Below, piece by piece: positions 18,271-26,499 of a stretch of 26,499 nucleotides of DNA. Made by a program: the position numbers and the translations under genes. Positions within the stretch are counted from its first letter, which is position 1, and every line of letters begins with the position of its first letter. Source of the stretch: Gemmatimonadota bacterium (lineage in GTDB: Bacteria > Gemmatimonadota > Gemmatimonadetes > Palauibacterales > KS3-K002). The stretch lies in the NCBI GenBank assembly GCA_039586795.1, contig JBDHJS010000047.1, positions 1 through 26,499 of the forward strand. The letters run 5' to 3'. The notes beneath the pieces were generated by a model. That model was not told the DNA's origin. It worked only from the letters and a program-made list of their open reading frames with translations, and made no database searches.

Positions 18271-19218
18271 ATGATCGTTCGCGGCGGGACGAGTTGGCGA
18301 ACGGCGTTGCGCGTCACTCTAATGCGCAACAAGGCCGCGGTTCTCGTGGTGCTCGTGATCGAGGCTGGCGCCTGGACCCTGCATGAGCTCCTTCCGGACC
18401 TCCAGAGCACCGCGTTTTCCGCTGGCTCCGTCGGCGTTTTCGCCACCGTGGTCGGTATCTTCATCGCCTTTCGGTTCAACGAGGCGTACAATCGCTGGTG
18501 GGAGGCGCGCATCCTCTGGGGCGGGATGGTGAACGCAAGCCGCACCTTTGGCCGACAGGTTACCACGCTGCTGACCGCAGACCGGGTCGCCACGCTGGAA
18601 ACAGACGCCGAGGCGCGTGACGTCCAACGCGAGCTCGTGTATCGCCAACTGGCCTACGTCAACGCCCTTCGCTTGCAGCTCCGCGACCAACCCGTGTTCC
18701 CGGAGATCGACGTCTACCTGAATTCCAAGGAGGCGCAGGAGCTACGCTCCGCCAAGAACGTCGCGACCCAGCTCAATCAACGTCAGGGCCGGCGACTGGC
18801 ATCGCTGCTCGACGCCGACCCGTCGGCGACGCTGATCCTGACGCAGATCGATTCGACGCTGGAAGAGCTGACAGAGCTGCAAGGCGGAATGGAGCGCATC
18901 AACAACACCGCGTTTCCGGATCGCGTGATCTTCACCACAAGCGTACTCGTGTGGGCCGTGGCTATCCTAATTGCCGTTGCGTTCATCGAGCCGCAGCGCG
19001 GCGTGGCCTGGTTCGAGTTCCTCGCCGTGCTCGTTGTGGTGATCAGTTTCCTACGTGTCAAGCAGCTCGGCGAAGAGCTCAACGATCCGTTCGACGATCA
19101 ACCCAACGATACTCCGATGACGGCTCTGTCCCGCACCATCGAGATCGACTTGCGACAGCAGCTGGGAGAAACGGACATTCCGGAGCCGTTGCAGCCGATC
19201 GACGGGGTCCTGATGTAA
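18271..19218 (+). CDS. Bestrophin-family ion channel
   Basis: Motifs FRFNEAYNRWWEARILWG, GGMERI, GEELNDPF, DTPMTALSRTIEIDL and hydrophobic TM segments. ATG 18271 follows a purine-rich RBS. Confidence 0.9.
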   Translation: MIVRGGTSWRTALRVTLMRNKAAVLVVLVIEAGAWTLHELLPDLQSTAFSAGSVGVFATVVGIFIAFRFNEAYNRWWEARILWGGMVNASRTFGRQVTTLLTADRVATLETDAEARDVQRELVYRQLAYVNALRLQLRDQPVFPEIDVYLNSKEAQELRSAKNVATQLNQRQGRRLASLLDADPSATLILTQIDSTLEELTELQGGMERINNTAFPDRVIFTTSVLVWAVAILIAVAFIEPQRGVAWFEFLAVLVVVISFLRVKQLGEELNDPFDDQPNDTPMTALSRTIEIDLRQQLGETDIPEPLQPIDGVLM

Positions 19219-19380
19219 GAGGCACTCCAGAGTGCAGCTTGGAATCACTGCCGATCCTGCCGGATGTCCGGATCACGTCCGGGGGAGGGGGGCTTCCAGT
19301 CTTTGCACCGACCGGACCGTGTCATGGTAGCGATCTTTCGGGCAATAGGTTTACGGACGCGGGCCAGAGTAGGTAGATGG

Positions 19381-19419
19381 CCGCACCTCGCCCCCCCCCT
19401 CCGACCCAGAGGTCCCACA
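19381..19419 (+). repeat. Junction element E (degenerate right-flank copy)
   Basis: CCGCACCT (identical to 25424-25431) followed by CTCCGACCCAGAGGTCCCACA, which resembles CTCCGACCCATAGACCCACA at 20373-20392. Confidence 0.45.
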
Positions 19420-19478
19420 TTTCCGAAGGTGGTCTCCAGAGGCCGCTGGAAATCGATCCCGATGCTGAAGTAGACGCG

Positions 19479-20267
19479 CTACACGTCCGGCGCGAAGTCG
19501 GAAAACACAAAATGATAGAGCTGCTGTTGCGCGTCGTACTCCGCACGGAAGGCGCGGGGGTGTCGCCCGGACATCCCGGGTATACTGGGGATGGGGAGAT
19601 CGAACGAACGCTTCTCCAACAGCATCGCGCGCGTGATCATGGGTTCGATGAAGATCGGCCCGCCTTGGTAGTAGCCGATGACCATGGTCCCGCGAAACGT
19701 CTCGGCGCTCTCCAACTCGGAGGTCAACAGAGAGTGCATGCCCATTTCCGCAACGCAAAGGCCGATGAGGGGCCCCCCTCCGGCCATCTCGGCCAACGGA
19801 GGCGGCAATGTCACGTCGGGCAAGCTGTATCCTGCCGGCAGAACGGACGGCTTGGTCTCATCGATGCAGTCAATGGCGGTCCGCTCCGCCCGCGTAATCG
19901 TGTAGAAATGGAAGTCGAAGTGCGGTGTAAGGTATGGGCCGGGTGGGTGTCCATGGGCCTCCCAGTATACGGTGACCTCGGTAAGCCCAGCCTGCTGTTG
20001 GCTCGACTCCGGCATCCGCAACACGGTGGCCATGACCGGAGGCCAGACCATCTGCTGATCGTCCGGTGCATTCTCGATGCTGGCCAGCGGGACTGTCGCC
20101 CCGACCGCGACGACGGTCGTCCCCTGCATCCGCGCCCAGGTGCAGAGCTCTGCCTGGTACACATCTGCGCATTCGCCCATCACTTCGACAACCGGGACTT
20201 CCTTGCCACAACCACACAGGACGGCGGCGAGCACCACTAGCCGGCTAGTGAGTTGGTATCGGGGCAT
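19479..20267 (-). CDS. Lipoprotein with a DUF5602/TTHB210-like His-rich domain
   Basis: GAGGAGG RBS before ATG 20267, lipobox LCGC, and motifs WEAHGHPPGPY..PHFDFHFY, MGMH, GYYQG..IFIEPMIT. Confidence 0.75.
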   Translation of the reverse strand: MPRYQLTSRLVVLAAVLCGCGKEVPVVEVMGECADVYQAELCTWARMQGTTVVAVGATVPLASIENAPDDQQMVWPPVMATVLRMPESSQQQAGLTEVTVYWEAHGHPPGPYLTPHFDFHFYTITRAERTAIDCIDETKPSVLPAGYSLPDVTLPPPLAEMAGGGPLIGLCVAEMGMHSLLTSELESAETFRGTMVIGYYQGGPIFIEPMITRAMLLEKRSFDLPIPSIPGMSGRHPRAFRAEYDAQQQLYHFVFSDFAPDV

Positions 20268-20334
20268 CTTGTTCCTCCTCTCGTGGTTGGAGAGCGCGTC
20301 ATGCGCTCTCCGGCGCGCGGCCTGATTCGCCCAA

Positions 20335-20380
20335 AATCGCGAGGTGACCCACGGACGTGACCTACGTCCGCCCTCCGACC
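20335..20380 (+). repeat. Junction element D (right-flank copy)
   Basis: 20335-20365 is 25/31 identical to 25394-25424, with two TGACC units at 13-nt period. CTCCGACC follows, as at 25433-25440. Confidence 0.75.
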
Positions 20381-20688
20381 CATAGACCCACAAATGATGA
20401 AACCTTGATTCGAGGCGGTGTTTGGCCTCCCTCTGGCATCCCCGCCGATCGCATCGTGACCTCGTCGGCATCGAGATGCGCACTGACCGTTTGCCGATCG
20501 AAGAGATGCTCGAAGCCGCTTTCCCCGGCGAGCTGCGTCTTCCAGAACGGCACACTGAAGTGATTCATGATCTCGATGACTCGGTCGCCCTGCATCCGAG
20601 ATGGATGAAACTCCTTGAGGGAGTCGTCGACGCCCGCGATTCCGTCGATGCGAGCGCGCCTGGGACGCCGAAGTGCGCTTCGGGGCAT
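20362..20688 (-). pseudogene. Probable gene remnant (possible alpha/beta-hydrolase C-terminus)
   Basis: GGAGG RBS plus ATG, and GC3-rich codons. GDRVIEIMNHFSVPFWKTQLAGE resembles the terminal helix of alpha/beta hydrolases. The 3' end runs into element D. Confidence 0.35.
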
Positions 20689-20722
20689 AGACCCCTCCGT
20701 GGAGTGTCGAGTTTGGGCAAAC

Positions 20723-20740
20723 TAATAATAATAATAATAA
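20723..20740. repeat. (TAA)6 microsatellite
   Basis: TAATAATAATAATAATAA, an 18-nt pure AT tract in a GC-rich context. Confidence 0.95.
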
Positions 20741-21050
20741 GTGATATTCCTTCCCTGGCTCTGTCAAGGGAGATCCGCAATGATTGCAACGATACGACGA
20801 CCCGATATTGTCAGCCCTGTGGGGCCTGATCCGGCCATCAGGCTGGGGGAACCTCGCGGAACACTGATCCTCACTCGGGCATGGGTCTACCCTCGTTGTT
20901 TGGCCGTACCTTGTGTTTCGTCGGGCTGTGGGCAAGATTTTCCCGTTGCCCCAGCAGCGTAGCGACCCTGTTTTCCTCGTGCGGGAAACGGAGTGTAAGA
21001 GCAAGGCAGGAGATGTTGTAGTACCCGGTCGTCAACGACAACTGGCGATA

Positions 21051-21106
21051 AGGGGACAGTGACCATGACTGCGCTGGGGCCAGCCGGTCAAAGGTTACTG
21101 TCCCCT
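21051..21106. repeat. REP-like inverted repeat
   Basis: AGGGGACAGTGACC-N28-GGTTACTGTCCCCT, 13/14 complementary with one G-T pair. Confidence 0.7.
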
Positions 21107-21189
21107 CAGTTTATGCAGTTGTCTGACTGTTCTGAGTTCGTGCGGCAGAAGAACAACTGTTGGACCCCTTAGGCAAACAAGGAATAACC

Positions 21190-22908
21190 ATGGCGGCGAC
21201 ATTCATCCTGGCCGACAGTTCGCGAGCACGCTACGTCACTGGGTCGATGATGTATTTCGCGCAGGGCATCCCACAGGGCCTGCTGGCGATCGCCATACCT
21301 GCCTGGCTGGCAAGCCAGGGCGTCGGCGCCGCTGGTATCGGTTCCTACCTCGCCGTGATCGTCTTACCCTGGGCATTCAAGCTGGTTACCGGTCCCTTGA
21401 TGGACCGCTATGAGTATTTGCCGATGGGTCAGCGCCGGCCGTGGGTGCTGGGCGCGCAGCTGGGGCTCTCGCTGTCACTGCTCGCACTCATGTTAATCGA
21501 GCGCCCCGCCGAACAGTTGGGCCTGCTGATGCTGATCGGGGTCGTCATCAACAGCTTTGCCGCAACGCAGGATGTCGCGGTCGACGGTATGGCGATCGAT
21601 CTCACGCCGCTCAAAGAGCAGGGCCGACTGAATGCGTTCATGAGTTTCGGTAAGGCGGTCGGTTGGGGGGCGACTTCGGCCGTGACAGGCGTGCTTCTGG
21701 TGACTTTTGGGATGAAGTTCACGGCGATTGTCGCGGCAGCCGTTGCCGGCCTCGTACTGCTTGCCTTCGTTTTCGTTCTCGAGCGCGAAGGCGAGCGGGC
21801 GCTGCCCTGGACGCCCGGCGAAGCGAAATCGGAGCATCGTCCGGGTAACTCGTTCCGGGCTGTATTCAGCGGCATCAACAGTGTGCTCTGGAAACGCGCC
21901 AGTCTGGTCATCATGATTATCATGTTCTTCGATGGTCTGGTGACCGGCTTCGGCCAGGCACTTATGCCGGTCGCCGCAGTGAACTTATTTGGCTACACGA
22001 CACCACAATGGTCACAGTTGGTCGCGATGATGGGGCTGACCGGCGCAGTTTTCGCGCTCATGCTCGGCCCCGTGATCGATCGCATCGGTGCCAAGCGGAT
22101 ACTGCTCGTGACGGCCTCGTTGGTCGGCCTGCATGCGCTGCTAATAGCCGAGACACAGCACCTTTGGCAGAACACTATCTATGTACGAGTGATGCTGTCG
22201 ATCTGGGTAATGATGCTGCCCGTAGTGATGGTCTGTATCATCGCGCTGGCGATGGCGATCTGCTCCACCAAGAACTCGGCGACACAGTTCGCCATTTACA
22301 TGTCGATGGCCAACCTGGGGTACTCGGCAGGGTCGAAGGTCTACGGCATGGTCGCCGAGCGTTCGACTTACGTGGAGACCTACATATTGCTCAGTCTGTT
22401 CGTCGTGGTATTGATTTTCGTGCTGTTCTTCCATCGCCATAGGGAGGAGGGGGGGTCGAAAACCGGTCTCAAGGCAGCTCCTAAGCACACCATCGCGATC
22501 GCGGGGAGCGAAGCCGGGCTCTTCTGGTCCGGCGTCATGCGGTGCCCTAAATGCAGTTCTTACCTGGAGCAGGTCAAGTACGACGGTATCGAAGTCGATC
22601 GCTGCGTCACGTGCAGCGGGATCTGGTTCGATGACGGGGAGGTAGAGCTGTTGCGCAACAAGAGGGCAGCGGCTGCGATAGACATCGGCGACGCGAAACG
22701 CGGGGCGGAGCTCAATGCCGTCGACAGCTATCGATGTCCGCGCTGCGGTGACGCGATGGCGCGCGTGGTCGACGCACGGCAGCGGCACATCTGGTATGAG
22801 ACATGCCGCGGCTGTGATGGATCATTCTTCGATGCCGGCGAGTTTCTCGATCTCGCCCAGCTGACGCTATCGGACCTGTTCAAGACGCTGGTGGCGCCGA
22901 AACGCTGA
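21190..22908 (+). CDS. AmpG-like (PAT family) MFS transporter fused to two C-terminal zf-TFIIB-type zinc ribbons
   Basis: Motifs YFAQGIPQG, LPWAFK...PLMDR, GQRRPW, AATQDVAVDG, SATQFAIYMSMANLG with about 12 TM segments. In-frame C-terminal CPKC...IEVDRCVTCSGIWFDDGE and CPRC...ETCRGCDGSFFDAGE. Confidence 0.85.
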   Translation: MAATFILADSSRARYVTGSMMYFAQGIPQGLLAIAIPAWLASQGVGAAGIGSYLAVIVLPWAFKLVTGPLMDRYEYLPMGQRRPWVLGAQLGLSLSLLALMLIERPAEQLGLLMLIGVVINSFAATQDVAVDGMAIDLTPLKEQGRLNAFMSFGKAVGWGATSAVTGVLLVTFGMKFTAIVAAAVAGLVLLAFVFVLEREGERALPWTPGEAKSEHRPGNSFRAVFSGINSVLWKRASLVIMIIMFFDGLVTGFGQALMPVAAVNLFGYTTPQWSQLVAMMGLTGAVFALMLGPVIDRIGAKRILLVTASLVGLHALLIAETQHLWQNTIYVRVMLSIWVMMLPVVMVCIIALAMAICSTKNSATQFAIYMSMANLGYSAGSKVYGMVAERSTYVETYILLSLFVVVLIFVLFFHRHREEGGSKTGLKAAPKHTIAIAGSEAGLFWSGVMRCPKCSSYLEQVKYDGIEVDRCVTCSGIWFDDGEVELLRNKRAAAAIDIGDAKRGAELNAVDSYRCPRCGDAMARVVDARQRHIWYETCRGCDGSFFDAGEFLDLAQLTLSDLFKTLVAPKR

Positions 22909-22967
22909 ATGATGTTCAGGCGACACCGGTGCGTGGAGTGTGACACAATTAGGAGAGGCAATAAGAC

Positions 22968-23078
22968 GTGACTAAGGGCGGAACTGGATTAACGTTGGTT
23001 CCTGTGGCGGTCGCGGCGTTGGCGATCGGTTACCTGGTCGGTCGCACGGCGACAGTGCCGCCGGCGCCCAGGAGGTGA
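22968..23078 (+). pseudogene. Orphan N-terminal signal/anchor fragment (36 aa)
   Basis: AGGAGAGG RBS plus GTG. Reads MTKGGTGLTLVPVAVAALAIGYLVGRTATVPPAPRR then stop. Confidence 0.45.
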
Positions 23079-23109
23079 GTCCCACCAAGGCGATTTCGAC
23101 AAGATCTTC

Positions 23110-23496
23110 CTCGGTCACCTCGGCCCTGCTATGTGGTTCCCGTTTGGTGCTACCCCGGTCCTCAGGTCACGGTTGGGTGAGGAGCGTGCGGCGCGCTACT
23201 TCGACATTCGCTCGATGCTCGATGCGGGGATCACCGTCGCCTGGGGTAGCGATTGGCCGGCCGGCACGCCGGATGCGAACCCGTTCAGGGGGCTCGAGGG
23301 GCTCGTGACACGCGGCCACCCGAGCGGAGACGACGAAGGGACTTGGGGCGTGCCGATCACGCTCGAGGAGGGGATCCGAATCCTGACGATGGGTTCGGCC
23401 TACGCTATGGAGCGCGGGGTTTCGATAGGCTCGATCGAGGTGGACAAGCACGCAGATTTCATCGTCCTCGATCGTGATCTCTTCGAGATTCCGCCG
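23110..23496 (+). pseudogene. YtcJ-like amidohydrolase (Amidohydro_3) C-terminal fragment
   Basis: RLGEERAAR, SMLDAGITVAWGSDWP, NPFRGL...VTR, ITLEEGIRILTMGSAYA, GSIEVDKHADFIVLDRDLFEIPP. Most of the domain and the last strands are missing. The left boundary is approximate. Confidence 0.8.
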
Positions 23497-23500
23497 CGTG

Positions 23501-23524
23501 TGACCTTCCGCATCCCCTCCGACC
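23501..23524 (+). repeat. Junction element F (right-flank copy)
   Basis: TGACCTTCCGCATCCCCTCCGACC is 21/24 identical to 25417-25440. Confidence 0.8.
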
Positions 23525-23765
23525 CGGCTGTTTTGACCTGGGTCGTCACCGCGTTCATTCCCCAGGACGTAGGCCCTCTTCTCGGTTCCCGACGCCCCGA
23601 CTTCGATCCCTCTAGGAGGTTCCGTGGCCCCCCCCTTGCTACTTGAGCTGGTCTTCGCTAGTCGTGTCGTCCAATCTCTATGTAGGCCTTGCCGGGTATG
23701 GACAGTAGGAACGAGAATCGGCTGGTCACGCAATCAGTCACTACGAAAGGCGAAGGAGCTGGGGG

Positions 23766-25190
23766 ATGAGAAAGGCCTCTGTATTGACCTTATTGGCGCT
23801 ACTCATGCTGCCGTCAACGGCGCTTACACAGGACAGCCAACCCAACATCGTGTTGGTGTTCATGGACAACTTCGGATGGGGTGAGCTGGGCGCGTACGGC
23901 GGCGGCATCCTGCGCGGGGCGCCGACGCCACGCATCGACCGGCTGGCCGACGCGGGCATGCGGCTGCTCAACTTCAACGTCGAGGCGCAGTGCACGCCCA
24001 GTCGCGCCGCCATCATGACCGGCCGCTACGCCATTCGCACCGGCAATGCCGAGGTGCCTCTCGGCGTTGGACAATACGGCCTGACCCAGTGGGAATACAC
24101 GCTGGCCGAAATGTTGTCCGACGCCGGCTACGCCACCGGCATGTTCGGCAAGTGGCACCTGGGTGATACGCCAGGGCGTTATCCCACTGACCAGGGCTTC
24201 GACGAGTGGTTTGGCATTCCTAATTCGTCGGATGAGAGTTACTGGCCGGACAATGATCTCTTTCGGCCCGGCGTTCATCCGCTGGTCAAGTACGAGCACG
24301 TCATGGAGTCCGAGCGCGGTCAGAGTCCGAGAGAACTGGAGGTCTATGACAGTGCCAGGCGCCTGACCATCGATCGCGAGATCACCGACCGCACCGTCGA
24401 TTTCATGCGGCGGAAAGCAGCAGGGGACAAGCCGTTCTTCGTTTTCGTTCCCTACACCCAGACGCACCTACCCGTCGAGCCGCATCCCGATAACAAGGGG
24501 AGGACCGGTAACGGCCATTGGGCCGATGTGTTGGCCCAGACCGATGCCTATGTTGGGGAGATTCTTGACGCGGTCGACGAGTTGGGGATCAGGGACAACA
24601 CGATCTTCATCTTCACGGCAGACAATGGGCCCGAGGGCGCCATTCCGCATCAGGGGTTCTCCGGCCCCTGGCGCGGCAGCTATTTCACCGGGCTTGAGGG
24701 ATCGCTACGTGTGCCTTTCTTGATTCGCTGGCCTGGAAGGATACCGGCGCGGCGCGTCTCAAACGAGATAGTGCACGAGATGGACCTCTTCGCGACGTTC
24801 GCTCGGATAGCAGGCGGCGAAGTACCCGACGACCGCGTGATCGACAGCGTTGACCAGACTGACTTCTTCACGGGTGAGACCGAGCAATCTAATCGAGAGT
24901 CGGTGGTTGTCTATGTAGGCAGGGAGCTCTACGGCGTAAAGTGGCGTGAATGGAAGATGATGGTGAAGGAAGTCAGCACTATCGGCGGCGACCCGGTCCG
25001 GAGTTACGGGGTTCCGCTGTTCTACAATCTGTTGCTGGATCCGAAGGAAGAGTACCCGGTCCTCAATGCGCCCCCGAATTTCTGGGTCCGATATCCGGCT
25101 GGCCAGGTGCTCGTCGATCATGCGCGATCGCTCCAGATGGAGCCACCGATTCCGCCAGGTACGCCGGATCCGTACACGCCGACGAGATAG
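23766..25190 (+). CDS. Secreted arylsulfatase (Cys-type, formylglycine-dependent)
   Basis: GGAG RBS, signal peptide, and motifs PNIVLVFMDN, TPRIDRLA, CTPSRAAIMTGR (CxPxR), GKWHLG, QGFDEWFG, FTADNG, EGSLRVP. Confidence 0.93.
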   Translation: MRKASVLTLLALLMLPSTALTQDSQPNIVLVFMDNFGWGELGAYGGGILRGAPTPRIDRLADAGMRLLNFNVEAQCTPSRAAIMTGRYAIRTGNAEVPLGVGQYGLTQWEYTLAEMLSDAGYATGMFGKWHLGDTPGRYPTDQGFDEWFGIPNSSDESYWPDNDLFRPGVHPLVKYEHVMESERGQSPRELEVYDSARRLTIDREITDRTVDFMRRKAAGDKPFFVFVPYTQTHLPVEPHPDNKGRTGNGHWADVLAQTDAYVGEILDAVDELGIRDNTIFIFTADNGPEGAIPHQGFSGPWRGSYFTGLEGSLRVPFLIRWPGRIPARRVSNEIVHEMDLFATFARIAGGEVPDDRVIDSVDQTDFFTGETEQSNRESVVVYVGRELYGVKWREWKMMVKEVSTIGGDPVRSYGVPLFYNLLLDPKEEYPVLNAPPNFWVRYPAGQVLVDHARSLQMEPPIPPGTPDPYTPTR

Positions 25191-25244
25191 GCGCGAGGCT
25201 GGCTTGATCCAACGTTGGTCACTTTGATTGCCAGGCTCGTGTGG

Positions 25245-25440
25245 GTAGTGTCAAACGTAGTACCAACACAGTCAGCGCTGGTGTCCAACAGTCGGTGTTC
25301 GGTATGAAGGCGCCTGTCGGCGCCTTCAACGCGAATCCGGGCGCCCCGACTAACAACCGCGCGGTCTCTCGGCCGATCGGCCGGCCCGGGCGGAATCACG
25401 ATGTGACCTACCGACCTGACCTTCCGCACCTGCTCCGACC
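25245..25440 (+). mobile_element. Junction element B: the most complete att-like site (left arm, hairpin, tRNA-Pro 3' end, right flank)
   Basis: Left arm 25245-25293 matches A. Hairpin TGAAGGCGCC-TGTC-GGCGCCTTCA at 25305-25328. CGAATCCGGGCGCCCCGAC at 25332-25350 is a T-loop/T-stem/acceptor 3' end. The right flank matches C, D, E and F. Confidence 0.65.
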
Positions 25441-25617
25441 TACCTGAGACTTACGTCTTGAACGCGGTCATCCCCGGGACATAGGTCGTGTCGGGCTCTG
25501 GAGGCCGCGGGTTGACACGCATCGGCCGCCGACCTTTCTTCGGGAGTTTATCGATCGGAAACGTAAGTAGCCCGCGGCCTTGAACCACGCTGACGGGTAA
25601 CAGCATTGGGAGAAACG

Positions 25618-26499
25618 ATGCGAGAAGACAGAGTGGCCGGCCTTGCCCTGACCCTGATCCTGCTCATCACAGCTTGCGCCCCTGACCAGGAGAGCTACCG
25701 CTTCCCCAGGGCCCCGGGAACCACGGAAGCAGGCTACCCGCTGCCGCTCACCGGAAAACCCATCACGAAGACACCCGTCATCGCGGCGGAAGGTATTTCC
25801 GTGAAGGAATACCCGGAACACTACATCCCGGGGCAAGAGAGCCTGGCCGAGGACGAGATGAGAATCACGGCCTGCGGTTCCTGGGGTCCCGCTCCGCTTC
25901 GCATTGGCCAGGGTGCATCTTGTCTTCTAGTCGAGTTGGGTAACGATGACGTCTTTATCTTCGATGTGGGCGGTGGAACGGTTGGGAACCTGTTCGCCCT
26001 GGGCGTGCATCCCGCCAGGCTGGATAGAGTCTTCATCACGCACTTTCATTTGGATCACGTCGGCGGAATCTTCCCCCTCTTCGACGCGATGGGCTGGGCG
26101 CGCAATACGCCCCTCCATGTGTGGGGATCTTCAGGTTATACGCCAGAGCTGGGGATTACCGCGTTCGCGCAGAATATCAGGGAGGCGTCTGAGTGGCACA
26201 TTCAGAACAAGCAGAACATCCTTCCGAAGGCTGGAATGACGATTGTTCCTCACGAGGTTGACATCAGCAAGTTCAGTCCCGAGCACCCACGCGAGCTCGC
26301 CTACGACGAGAACGGCGTCAAGATCTACGCCTTCCCGGTAATCCACGCGCTCGCCGGGTCAATGGGCTACCGGCTGGAGTGGAATGGACTCACTCTCGTG
26401 TACACCGCCGACAGTCAGCCGAGCACCTTCGAGGCCGAGCAGGGCAAGGGTGCGGACGTATTCATCCACGAGATCTTTCCGTCCGCCGAGGAGTTCGCC
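25618..26499 (+). CDS. RNase Z/AtsA-type MBL-fold metallo-hydrolase (GntH-like), putative lipoprotein; 3' end outside the window
   Basis: Absent from the ORF track because it runs off the edge. ATG 25618 follows GGGAG. Lipobox ITAC, then EDEMRITACGS, SCLLVELGN, FIFDVGGG, THFHLDH (HxHxDH), PVIH, GYRLEWNG, YTAD, DVFIHE. Open to the window end. Confidence 0.88.
   Translation, partial: MREDRVAGLALTLILLITACAPDQESYRFPRAPGTTEAGYPLPLTGKPITKTPVIAAEGISVKEYPEHYIPGQESLAEDEMRITACGSWGPAPLRIGQGASCLLVELGNDDVFIFDVGGGTVGNLFALGVHPARLDRVFITHFHLDHVGGIFPLFDAMGWARNTPLHVWGSSGYTPELGITAFAQNIREASEWHIQNKQNILPKAGMTIVPHEVDISKFSPEHPRELAYDENGVKIYAFPVIHALAGSMGYRLEWNGLTLVYTADSQPSTFEAEQGKGADVFIHEIFPSAEEFA

Noticed and set aside
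25618..26499. Guanitoxin biosynthesis cluster or true RNase Z
   Set aside because: Only family-level resemblance. No other gnt-like genes are present, and the protein has a lipoprotein signal.

Overview
GC-rich bacterial accessory region made mostly of genes for secreted or lipoprotein products. In order, it holds: the end of a LolA-like/DUF1302-like outer-membrane pair; a DUF5694 protein; a patch of gene fragments including a decayed S9 peptidase; two tandem non-canonical sulfatase-like lipoproteins; a peptidoglycan-remodelling cluster (MltG, an FlgD-Ig + Tlde1/DUF2778 lipoprotein, an Amidase_3 and two NTF2/DUF4440 lipoproteins); katG; a bestrophin; a DUF5602-like lipoprotein; an AmpG-like MFS transporter fused to two zinc ribbons; an amidohydrolase remnant; a Cys-type arylsulfatase; and a partial RNase Z/GntH-like MBL hydrolase. 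The most unusual signal is non-coding. A dispersed family of related junction sequences is built around the 3' part of a tRNA-Pro(TGG) plus short tandem repeats resembling integrase arm sites (1755-1904, 4755-4792, 19381-19419, 20335-20380, 23501-23524, 25245-25440). Two copies sit where genes are cut off. No integrase, transposase or complete tRNA is in the window. Family names come from motif recognition, not database searches, and alignments were counted by hand.
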